From Octopus bimaculoides (Eukaryota), in assembly GCF_001194135.2 (NCBI RefSeq), contig NC_068988.1, forward strand, positions 9,996,949 through 10,060,948: a stretch of DNA of 64,000 bases. Reading direction: 5' to 3'. Below the pieces are notes generated by a model, which had not been told where the DNA came from, ran no database searches, and saw only the letters and a list, made by a program, of their open reading frames with translations. How positions within the stretch are numbered: position 1 is the first letter of the stretch; every line of letters starts with the position of its first letter. Of this stretch, positions 38,140 to 49,828 are shown one piece after another. Made by a program: the position numbers and the translations under genes.

Positions 38140-39945
38140 GCATACACACGTATATTGCATATATTGCGAAGTCTGTAGAAACTGTACAGACAGAAATAAG
38201 CAACATCGATTGTTTTCTTTGTGGTGATTGCCTGGTTGGTTCTCACCACTTTTTATTATTCTTGTCTATGTATCGATCTTGTGCAGTTAAGTCAAAACTT
38301 CCATTTATCCCCTTAATCCAGAACCTTTGAGCTATTGTTGGCTCATTTCTTTTTTATTCACTTCTGCCTGATAGTTGCGACGAATCTATATTTCTCTTTC
38401 TTCATGGCTGTGTCTTTTTTAGTTTCGGATTCTTTCTAGCTTTTGTATTCTCATAGGTATTTCTCTTTTTTGTTTTGTCTATATTTCTCTTTTTGTTTTC
38501 TTCAGTATCCAGTCTTATTTCTTTCTTTATATATAGAGAAAACTCTATTTGGTCCTTTCATGTTTTATTATGCAAATAATTTACCCTTTGCGTCTTCTTT
38601 CTCAAGCATGTCTAGTTATTTTGAATTATGTTTCTATTTATGTTCAACACCTTTTTGCTTCTGCAGGCTGTAGACATTCTCCATTTCTATTACCGTTCAC
38701 AAACTGGATGTGGAATACGCTGTCTTACTTTATACCTTATCTATCTAAACTATTTAGTTCGGTTTTTAAGTATTTCATTAAAAAATATTTCTCGTATTCT
38801 GCAGTAATATCTTTTAGTAATTTCACAAACACGGTTTTGTATCTGGTACATTATTCTAAATAGTGTACATGAAGGATATATTGTCCGCACTTAGACGATT
38901 CCGTTTATTATCTTTGGTTATTAGGGTCGTCATGGATAGAATCACATCCAGCTTCATTTGTATGGGTAGTCCATAAAACATGGTTTGGTATTCTATGGTT
39001 AATGCTATGCAGGCGGAATTTACCGCTGTTCCTCTTCATTTGACAAATTGTATATCATTTTGTTATGGATTATAATATCTGAACAGTTTAAGACATCTAT
39101 CTGTAGATCCGGTTTGACCTTGAATTTTACAGTTATAGCTCATCGGTTTGCTACCCCAGTGTGATCACTCTTCTCAGAGATTTTCAGCACAGAATTTCTA
39201 ATAAAGCAGCTGTATATGGACCTCTTAGTTTGTAGAACAAATTTTCTCTTAGGGGTCCAGATTAAATTCTAGTACCTAAAAAAATCTATTCCGGTAGACG
39301 ATACGATGTTTCTTTTTTTAATATGTGTTACTCATCAGCCATCAACACAAGTATCATTAACAAGTGGCTAGTGTCTACAGGCGCGTACTCGTCAGTATTT
39401 TGTATTAATGTGAATACATACATACATGCATAAAAACATATATATGTATATGTCCGTGTATGTATATATAAATATATACATATATATATGTATATGTNNN
39501 NNNNNNNNNNNNNNNNNNNNNNNNNNNNNNNNNNNNNNNNNNNNNNNNNNNNNNNNNNNNNNNNNNNNNNNNNNNATATATATATATATAACAAATAGAG
39601 AGGGATTGTCAATCCAGGAAAAAATACTCTCTGTTAGCACACCAGGCTAATAATGTTACTTAGATTAGTGAAGAACTACAAATAATCTTTTAGTAGAGTC
39701 CAAGATTATGGTTTTTACACACGGTGATATATAAGAAACAAATTAACGGAGATATACCTAAAATTGTCCTGTTTATACATCATATTATACCTTCATGCTT
39801 CTGTATTGAGATATCTGTTGATAGGCGGCTGATTTTAAATAAAGTGTTAAATAATGATACTATGCAGATTAGCCGCTCCAGTTCTCTGAAAGTACTGGAT
39901 TTGCTGTGCATATAGATAAGCACTTCATTGTTTCTCTAGAATTGA
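37050..39945 (-). mobile_element. Highly decayed RTE-like LINE ORF2 (APE plus RT), interrupted by two microsatellite/gap blocks
   Basis: Degenerate motifs in the expected order on the minus strand: LSICTAN (about 39920), DISIQKH (about 39810), YAP (about 39385), IDFF (about 39285), SDH (about 39165), a purine-rich linker, KGD (about 37760), an IAA.YNKM-like segment (about 37690) and a FAD-like segment (about 37135). Confidence 0.5.
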
Positions 39946-41299
39946 TTAGGTGATATAGACACATCTGATGAGACACCAATAAGTTTCGAAAAACTTACGT
40001 AAGTCTGTTCCTCAATCATTTCAATCTAGGGAGAAATAATTAAATTTACCTTGCAGCATAAGAGTCTTATATACCTCTTGCTTGATTCTGCCACTAGATT
40101 ACGGCCTTCCTGGGGCACCGCCTCGAAGAAATTGTGGACGAATGAATCGACCGGGTGCAGTATTGTAAACTGGGCTTTCTAGGCATGATTTTACTTTTAG
40201 AAACATCTCAAATGTACGAAACTTGAAGTAACACTTAATCATATGTTGTTTACATTAAACAATATTTTATCTATCAACGGACGGAGAAAATTCTTTTTAT
40301 TGATTTTACCTATACGGAAAAGTATGTGTGCATGTGTGTGTGTCTATGTATATATACATACATACACACATACACACAAACACACACATATATATAACAT
40401 GAAATTTGTTACAGAATTTAGTGTTGATCACTAAGAAACCGCATAATATATATAGTTGCAATGAAGAACTAGACTGACATAGTATGCAATACTCAGTGGA
40501 CTGTATAATGTAGACTGTGAAATATTGTCGGCTAGTGTCAATATTTGCATGGTTTGTTCTATAAATAATGACAATATTATGTATTGTTCTATATATTCAA
40601 TGACAATTTTACACGGATACAATCGCACGTTTAAAGCATTAGCTGAAATATGAATGTAGTTCACCTCCCTATAGGCTTATTTTTATTCTCCAAGCTGTAT
40701 CAAAACAAAATCTTTGGAAAGCTAAATTTCGTATTCGCTGGAATTGCGAAGCCAAATTGCTGCTATAAATTCTAGGACTAAACAATTTTGTCACTGATAC
40801 ACTTATGTGGATTCCTTTGCTTGTTAAGTATACACTCTTATATATTTTATTTACATTAAACAGTATAATCTACGGTTTCTTAATGAGCGAAATGTGTATA
40901 AAATTACCACGTAAACATTAGGTGATATAAAACGGTAATGTTGCAGTTAATGTTTAATATACTGCCTGCAGATTTACAATTACGGTACTTAAGGAATATA
41001 CGCACCTCTAGTGATTGCAATCATTTTCTTAACTCCAAAATACTTTTGTGTTGTATGCAAGAAGTATATTGTCAAATGCATTAATACACATGTTACACCC
41101 TATATTTTAAATTGAAGTTTGTGCCTTCCGCAGGAGTGCGGTCTCTTTGAAGAAATTAAAATACAGATATCTAAGAGCTTGACTGATATAAAATGTAGAT
41201 TAAAATCTACGGTTTTCTCATTGCTATTCTTTTAAATTTTGTTAATGTATTGTAGTGTTAAACTCTGATTTATTTCCAAGTACCAGTTGATGTTACAGA

Positions 41300-41615
41300 T
41301 TTGATTGATTGACTGGCGCTGCGTCGGGTAGGGCCATAAATGGTCCAGTTGGTCATGTCAACGGAACGGCTTTCTCGTGAAATCAACGTGCAGGTAATGG
41401 GTGAGCACTTTACTAACATGCTTAACCTGACGTAGTTTTCAGGAGGATTCAACGTGACACAGAATCTAACAAAGTTGTTCCTTTGGAATAAAGATACTAT
41501 TAATTTCCGCCAGCTATTTTGAATAAAGCAATATGAAATAAAGTGTTTGCTCAAGGACAACGGTGCGCCGCCGGGAATAGAACTTGCAATCTTCCGATCC
41601 ACTAAGTTACGCACC
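41300..41615 (-). mobile_element. Degenerate SINE family C-related copy
   Basis: TGAAATAAAGTGTTTGCTCAAGGACAAC...CCGGGAATAGAACT matches family C; CTCGTGAAATCAACGTG and CAACGTGACACAG are shared with 46870-46960. Confidence 0.6.
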
Positions 41616-43338
41616 TTTATGAGGTAAAAGAATACATAAAGCTGAGAAAATTGAATTTCCGGGACGACATTCTGCTTTATGTTTATAATACAAATGTCCT
41701 TCCCGGCGTCCTATTTTTGTTATTACCGTCGTCAGACAGAACAAACATAAATACCCATTTACTACCCCACATACCGTCTATAATACTATATGACAAGACG
41801 TGACCGACAGCTTGTCGGCCTTGTGGCAAATTCAGAAATCCTATGATCACAGTTTTGGTAATATCGTTGTTGTTGTTGTTATTGCTGATAGTGATGGTGG
41901 TAGTGTTGTTATTGTTGTTGTTGTTGTTGTTGTTGCTATAGTGGTGGTGGCGACGTTGGTGTTGTTGATGGTGTGTGTATCCGTAATACTTGTCGTAGAA
42001 AGAAATCATTAGTGTTTTCGTAACTGAATTACAGAGGTTAATATATATAAAAAAATATTTTCTATAAGGAATGGAGCAGCTTTATAACATAAAGTCGTGT
42101 TGCCTTAAGGTTGAATGTATTACTAATATATGTAAAAGAGAATATGTATATGATTGGTTGCCAATAATAATGTGCAGCCTGCCGGCGTTTTAATAATGGT
42201 TATTTGATGCTGATCATTCATAAGTGGTACACTATATATTTATAAGTGACTGAGTAATATATTCAGCCGGAAGGAAATTTCTTTCCAAATATAAACTGCT
42301 GTAGATGAAATTATGCAAAGACGTTTGAAACTGCTATGAATAAATGTAAGTGGACTGCTTCTTATTGATTTGGGATCTTTGACACGAACCAATATATTTC
42401 TCGAAATTGCACTTTATTTGAAAGCTTCCTTATGTTTCCTTACTTTTAGAATAAGTTCCATACATTTCAAAATACCTTCGCTATAACAGAATTGTGTACC
42501 AGTTATAAATATTGTTGCATAAATCGAAATACCGCATAATGTATTTGAAACGAAGGAAATCTGCTTGGATAGGGAAATGTTTTCAAAATGCTGAGGGTTC
42601 GTGCCCTACAATGCGGAATAAACATTGTTTTAGCTTGTCCTACAAAGATCTATCTCAAATAGATGACGGGTTTGTCGCGAATTGAATGTCTTTGACCGTA
42701 ATATTGCACGTTGAGCTAAATCTCGGGTCAAAAACCTCGTCAATAAAAGAAATTCAGGATAGATCTTCATTTATATTTAAAATACTACGATGTAAAAATA
42801 CTGTGTAGTTTCTATGTGGTCACGAGATCTGTTCGAATTAGCAGCCAAAAATCATCAGCTCACAAATTACTCATCATAATTAAGAAGGGAACTAAAACAT
42901 TGAATACTTATATATACTATGCAGACCAATGAATGATAAATGTGGGATTTGCTTTTGATCCATATTAGCTCAGTCAGAGATCAGAAATGGATAAAAAATA
43001 ATTACCAGAAATTATAACTATTTGAGGCGCTATTTTAAAATTCTTCAGAACATAGAACGATAGCAACAGTGATAAACATACCTCGGTACCAACCTGTAGT
43101 GTGCTGCTAGGCAATAGGTTTAATCTAATGTAGCATATTATAGGTAAAGCTTGCAGAAATCCGAGCTTCAAGTCTTTAATCATGATTCTATTTGATAACT
43201 GTCGATGAATATATGTCAAAGAATTACCGTTTTTTTTTCGTGATTATAATTTCATGACACATACAAAAATTGTATGAAAATAATGGAAATATTATCATAA
43301 GAGCGAGTGAAATATTTACGTTGTCATATTATCTAACA

Positions 43339-43790
43339 TCAGAAAATTCCACTGAGGTCGATTTTGCCTTTCATCCTTTCGGGGTCGATAAATTAAGTAC
43401 AATTGAAACACCGGAGTCGATGTAATCGACAACACCTCCTACCCACAAATTTGAGGCCATGTGCCATTAACAGAAATGATTATCTAAGGTGAGGAAAGGC
43501 GTTACTGGTATTCCATCCGTCTTTACGATCTGAGTTCAAATTCTGCCGAGGTCGACTTTGTCTTTCATCCTTCCGGGCTTCATATATGTTCTATCTTAGT
43601 ACGGCGGTGGGGGGGGGGGTCGATGTATCAACTTATCTGCCCCGCTTGACCTAGCTAGTCTTCTGCCAAAATTTGAAACCAAATTCAGTGAGCTGGCATA
43701 ATCGTTAACACACCGGGCAAAGTCGGGTTCGATATAATAAATGCCAGTTGAGCAGTAGGATCAATGTAATTGATTTACCCCTTCCCCCTA
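43339..43790 (+). mobile_element. Three adjacent SINE family A fragments
   Basis: GAGGTCGATTTTGCCTTTCATCCTTTCGGGGTCGATAAATTAAGTAC; TGAGTTCAAATTCTGCCGAGGTCGACTTTG; GTGAGCTGGCATAATCGTTAACAC. Confidence 0.8.
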
Positions 43791-45382
43791 ACAAAATATG
43801 GAATCATTCCCTAATATGAAGCATTTAAGAGCCATTTTTGTCACCTCTGCGTTTAAATGAATTGAAGTGCATACGTTTTATGCTTTTAAATGCCATTGCC
43901 GATTCCAGTAAAATATTAGTAGATTTTTGCAATGTATCATGTGGCGTTTAAAACAGATATTGGTATGTCTCGAGGAATATTTCCAGCAGTGCAGAAATAA
44001 AGATATCTTTAAATCATAGAAATGCGAATTATACAATCCATTTTACAGTCGATAAGGCGACAGCATTTCATAGTTTTTTTTTTGTAGCGTCACATTGAAT
44101 GGTTGTCATGTCAATCCAATGACGCTCTTGTAAATATTTGCAACATTGATTTTATATATTTATCGATTTATTTTTTTAGATATTAATGTTGGTTTGGGTA
44201 TGGAGATTATCAGTGAAATGAATGGGGAGAAGAGTTGTTACGTGGAAAAAATCCTTAATCTTCTAATACGATCACTTTTTAAAATTTTATTTTCCTTTTT
44301 ACTCTGTAATGATTCTTGCGATGGCAACTGCATCCCTACTCAGATGTTAGTATTTTTAACCCTTTAACATTCAGATTAATCTATCAAATATAATGCTTAT
44401 TTATTCACATTGTTTAAATTGATCATGCATTCTCTCATAGTTTCAAGATTTTGAGGACTTGTTTGTTCAAATCTAAAATGATATTTTAGGGTAGATGTGT
44501 GAGGCTGGATCTGGTTGGTTTAAAGATAAAACATGTAAAATATGTAGTCCAGATCTGGCCGGTTTAAAGGCTATAGAGTTAAACGTACGTTGATCAGATT
44601 TCACGTATGCCTGCCTCCGTCGCTTCCTTCTAAGGCAATTTTATGGAGTAACAGTGTGCGGCGACACTTGGTTGTTTATTAACCAATATTATTGTTGTTG
44701 CTTCGGTATCTCGCATCATTACCGCCGGATGTGAATCCGAGGTACTTTTTGATGTGGTTTCTAGATAAGCTTCAGACAATGTAGCACATTCTTTTCAGAT
44801 ACCAGGAGCGGAGCCTGAGTTTAAATTTTTATCTGGTGGCTCATATGTAACAACAAACAATGGGATTTGTTGCATTTGCTGTAGCTTTTATCTATTGAAA
44901 CTTTCTCGGTAGAAAGCCGCTAAATAAATTCGCTACCGCATCAGATGCAACTGAAGTTTCTCCTCTGGATGCCCTTTCTCAAACTTTTTTCTCATCACGC
45001 CAACAGTACCCAACTGTAATATCGGATTGTTTTAGGGAATCGCAGATATACGAGGAACTGTGTGTTCATATGAAGTCCGCCGACCAGTTATCGCTATATG
45101 TTGCCTGGACAAAGACAACCTACTCAGTTGTATAGTAATGTCATTACGAGCCACTACTCGTTTGACATCCGTAATGATGTTTGCATGTATAACTAAATAT
45201 TTTGCGGCTATTTTAAAGGTGACCAAATCTCTTAGCGCTTCGTCTCAAACTTTTGCTCCTTACTTCGGAAGAAATCGATTATGCAAACTTATGTTCTCCG
45301 TCACAGTAAATGGTACTTGCAATTCTTTCCCACGTTTAAAATATCACTAAGTATTAGCACTAATCTGCCTCTCTCACCAGAG

Positions 45383-45556
45383 TATTATTATTATTCACAT
45401 TAGTTACATTTGACGGTTATTTGTCCTCATCTTGTTTCTTGTTAACACGACGTTTCAGCTGATATACCCCCCCACCCGCCTTCATCAGGTGTCGTAGAGA
45501 AATTTCGAACCTGGGTTCTCATTCCTAAGGTATTTTTCGAAGTTGTTATTGTTGTT
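45383..45556 (-). mobile_element. About 150-bp Penelope-terminal-repeat or retrozyme-like element between (TAT)n and (GTT)n
   Basis: Non-coding block bracketed by trinucleotide repeats and carrying a minimal hammerhead. Confidence 0.55.
45444..45493 (-). ncRNA. Minimal type-I hammerhead ribozyme motif
   Basis: Minus strand GACAC-CTGATGA-A-GGCGG-[14 nt]-CAGCT-GAAAC-GTC-GTGTT: intact CUGAUGA and GAAA core, 5-bp stem I including one G-U, stem II with one mismatch, ACGT palindrome, GUC triplet. Confidence 0.7.
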
Positions 45557-46187
45557 TGAGGTAGAAATGCTGAAAAAGTTTCCCTTGTTTTTCAATTTGA
45601 AATATCCATTCATTACTTTACTTGGCAACCTCACACGCGGTCATTACTGTATGAATGCATGCCTGTATATGCGTGTATGTGTGCGTATGTGTGTATTTGT
45701 TAATGTCAGTGCTGTTGTTTATCGCAATCGAAGTCGTTCTAATAGTTCAGAACCTATGTTATTTTCCGTCAGAAATTCATTATTAATTATCTAGAAATTC
45801 ATGTATTTCACTAAGGAAGTGAATCTTGTTTTTCATTTCTCTGTCAAGTTTCATTAAAATTTTTTTTGGCATTCGTTCGAATATCCAAAGTTTGTATGTG
45901 TGATGGGGGGAGGGGGGATTTAATTGATGCAACCATTTCGTCTGTTTACGAGTGGTAGGTGAGGAAATATATTTTCTTCGAAATTAAAGGATGTTTCCCC
46001 CAGTGAAGAATTAATGCAAGCAATTATATTTATATTTTTTCCTGTTTACCATTCGAGTGTCTACATTGTATTGACAATAAACTACGTCATGGGACAACCA
46101 AATTGAACGCATCCGGGTATCTGAATTAATAATGACGTTGATGGTGTTAGTTAGTGGTGGGTGTTGTTGTTCGGGATCATGATGGGG

Positions 46188-46322
46188 ATAATAATAATAA
46201 TAATAACGACAGTAATAATAATAATACTATTAATGATAATAAAACTAACAACAATAACAACAACTGCAATATTAATAAGAATAATAAAGATGATGATGAT
46301 GATGAGGATGATGATGATGATA

Positions 46323-46355
<33 letters not shown>

Positions 46356-46405
46356 CTGATGCTGATGCTGCTGCTGATGATGATGATGACGAAGAGGATA
46401 ATGAT

Positions 46406-46449
<44 letters not shown>

Positions 46450-46490
46450 TAATAATAACAATAATAATAATAATGATGAGGAGGAGGAGC
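46188..46490. repeat. Compound trinucleotide array (AAT/AAC/GAT/GCT/GAG)
   Basis: Read directly; it is the source of the poly-N/D/I/M ORFs. Confidence 0.95.
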
Positions 46491-46621
46491 ATGAGTGGGA
46501 TGTGGAGAATACATACATATATACGCAAACATACATGCATACATACATAAATATATATATATACATAAATAATACATGCACGCCTACAAACATACAGATA
46601 CACATATCTACATCCATCCAT

Positions 46622-46654
<33 letters not shown>

Positions 46655-46812
46655 AACACACACACATATACATATAGATGGATATATAGATATAAATATA
46701 CGTGTGCTTATGTATATATGTTTATATATATAATATCTGTATATATATGTATATATATATATATATACAAATATATATGTGTATCTATATGTATCTATAT
46801 ATATGTATGTAT

Positions 46813-47311
46813 GTTGTTGGCACTCCGTCGCTTACGACGTCGAGGGTCCCAGTTGATCCGATCAACGGAACAACCTGCTCGTGAAATTAACGTGTAAGTG
46901 ACTGAGTACTCCACAGACACGTATACCCTTCTCGGGGATATTCAGCGTGACACAGTGTGACAAGGCTGACCCTTTGAAATTTCAGGCATAACAGAAACAG
47001 AAAATAAGAGTGAGAGAAAGTTGTGGTGAAAGAGTACAGCAGGGTTCGCTACCATTCCCTGCCGGAGCCTCGTGGAGCTTTAGGTTTTTNNNNNNNNNNT
47101 TTGAAATTTCAGGCACAACAGAAACAGAAAATAAGAGTGAGAGAAAGTTGTGGTGAAAGAGTACAGCAGGGTTCGCTACCATTCCCTGCCGGAGCCTCGT
47201 GGAGCTTTAGGTTTTTTTCGCTCAATAAACACTCACAACGCCCGGTCTGGGAATCGAAACCGCGATCCTATGACCCTGAGTCCGCTGCCCTACCCACTGA
47301 GCCATTGCGCC
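46813..47311 (-). mobile_element. tRNA(Arg-like)-derived SINE; internal 117 bp duplicated across a 10-N gap
   Basis: Minus head GGCGCAATGGCTCAGTGGGTAGGGCAGCGGACTCAGGGTCATAGGATCGCGGTTTCGATTCCC has A- and B-box-like motifs. Confidence 0.8.
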
Positions 47312-47732
47312 TTCACATGTATGTATGCATATGCAATACATACGTGTGTATTTATAAGTGCATATATATCTATATAATTTTCTCTATATCTTCATATATA
47401 TATATATAAATATAAGTATGTACCTATATGTGTACGTGTGTGTGTTGTGAGTTGACTAAAAACTATAAGGATATCCGTGTGTGCATGTGTATGTTTATTT
47501 TTCATTATGCAGGCGCGCGTCCAATTAAGGATATCTGATTTAATCGAGGAGTGAATGAGGTTAAAATGAGATTATTGTAACGTACCGTAAATAGAATAAT
47601 CAACAAATATAAATCGCTCTGCATTCTATAGTACTATAGACGCTAGGGAAATTGATATGTATACACATGTGGTTATATGCGTATGTATATATGTGCTTGT
47701 GTGCGCTTGTTGATGATTAGATCAATATATAA

Positions 47733-47772
<40 letters not shown>

Positions 47773-48181
47773 NNNNNNNNNNNNNNNNNNNNNNNNNNNN
47801 NNNNNNNNNNNNNNNNNNNNNNNNNNNNNNNNNNNNNNNNNNNNNNNNNNNNNNNNNNNNNNNNNNNNNNNNNNNNNNNNNNNNNNNNNNNNNNNNNNNN
47901 NNNNNNNNNNNNNNNNNNNNNNNNNNNNNNNNNNNNNNNNNNNNNNNNNNNNNNNNNNNNNNNNNNNNNNNNNNNNNNNNNNNNNNNNNNNNNNNNNNNN
48001 NNNNNNNNNNNNNNNNNNNNNNNNNNNNNNNNNNNNNNNNNNNNNNNNNNNNNNNNNNNNNNNNNNNNNNNNNNNNNNNNNNNNNNNNNNNNNNNNNNNN
48101 NNNNNNNNNNNNNNNNNNNNAATATATATACATAAAATATACGCATGAATTTATGTATACGTATATATATACGTATATATG

Positions 48182-48267
<86 letters not shown>

Positions 48268-48368
48268 GTGATCATGAAGATGCTGATGATAATAATCTAT
48301 GGAGAGAATTTATAAATATTCTTAAATAAGATTTATTAAATAAAGATATTTACTAATCCTACCCATGA

Positions 48369-48425
<57 letters not shown>

Positions 48426-49754
48426 NNNNNNNNNNTTATTATTATTATTATCGTACATTATATCTGCACAGCTTGGTCCAACCCCAAAATATTGCTAGAG
48501 CCTGGTCGTATCATTAGGCTGCAGCCGGCATAAGAAAATAGGAGCTTTTATATATATTTATAGCTTAAAAAAAAAAAATATATGTATGTATGTATGTAGG
48601 TTTGTATGTATCTCGAAAGAAGGCTTTCCAAAGTATTGCTTCGAAGAAAAGGCTTTTGTATTTCTCCAGACCTGTCAAGGACAGAGTAACAAAAGTTAAC
48701 AGTAGTTCTTGTATGGCAATTTAATGAGAAATTCGGGCAAGCGCTATTAGAGCTAATGGTGATAAGGGAGAAATGGTAAGTTGTGCATCTAATGTTTCGT
48801 GCGGCTGAGGAAAATTTGATAGAAAGTGACATGCTATAAATATATACAAATAGTACTAATTGTCATTTTCGTGGTAATGATAATGACGATGACAAAATGA
48901 TGATGATAATGACGACAACGATGATAATACTATTGATGATGATGGTATTGATGATGTTTTTTGGTGATGATGATAATGATGACGTGTTTATAGTGGAAGA
49001 AAGAAAGAAAAGAGAAATGTACATGAATGGCGTTGGTGGTGAGATTCATGGTGCGTTTTGATGATGATGATACTGTACCGAGTGTTTGAAGCAAAACCTT
49101 AGAGCTTTAGTAACCAGAATGAAACTGCACTTCTGTCAACCGACGTGTCTTGGAATATCCCAACATATTAGAGTATGTTCTAGTTTTCTTATACAATTCA
49201 GACGTTCCCGGGCTTTCGTAAAGAAAGGAGACTGGTGCACTTTGGAATCAAGAGTAACACGCCCTTTAAATTAAACAAACAAGTTTCATTGGTCGCAGAA
49301 GAACCTTCAATTAAAGCAATCTTCGATGAGGTTGGACAGAATATTATTCGCAACTCACACGCGAAGTTAACGTCTTCGCGTTTTTGTTAAGTAATTACAA
49401 ACTACATCGGCTGTAGCACACCAAGTTACACTAATGTCAGACAATAATGTGAAAATGTGGTTTTTATAATATACGCCGAGAACAATAAATGTTAAACAAC
49501 GATGGTTTTGGTTTACTAATAGGTCAACATGCAGTCTATCGCATGTGAAGGTGAGAATAAAAGAATTAGAAAAGGGATGGGAGAGAAAACGACAGGGGAG
49601 ATAAGAGCATAGGGTAGAGTCGCATCAAATTGATTAAGATAAACTTACTTGGAAATGGATGCGTGGTGTTCAATCAAATAATAATATAAATACTATATAT
49701 ATATACGCACGCACACACATAGACACACATACATATATATAGACACACACACGC

Positions 49755-49828
<74 letters not shown>

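Noticed and set aside
39958-40012. CTGATGA-G..C-GAAA followed by the palindrome ACTTACGTAAGT and GTC (plus strand)
   Set aside because: Stem II is only 2 bp, there are two extra As after GAAA, and stem I is out of register. It also lies antisense to the start of the LINE remnant, so it may be chance.
47240-47311. tRNA-like sequence with A and B boxes
   Set aside because: It continues into a SINE body and lacks a proper acceptor stem, so it is a SINE head and not a tRNA gene.
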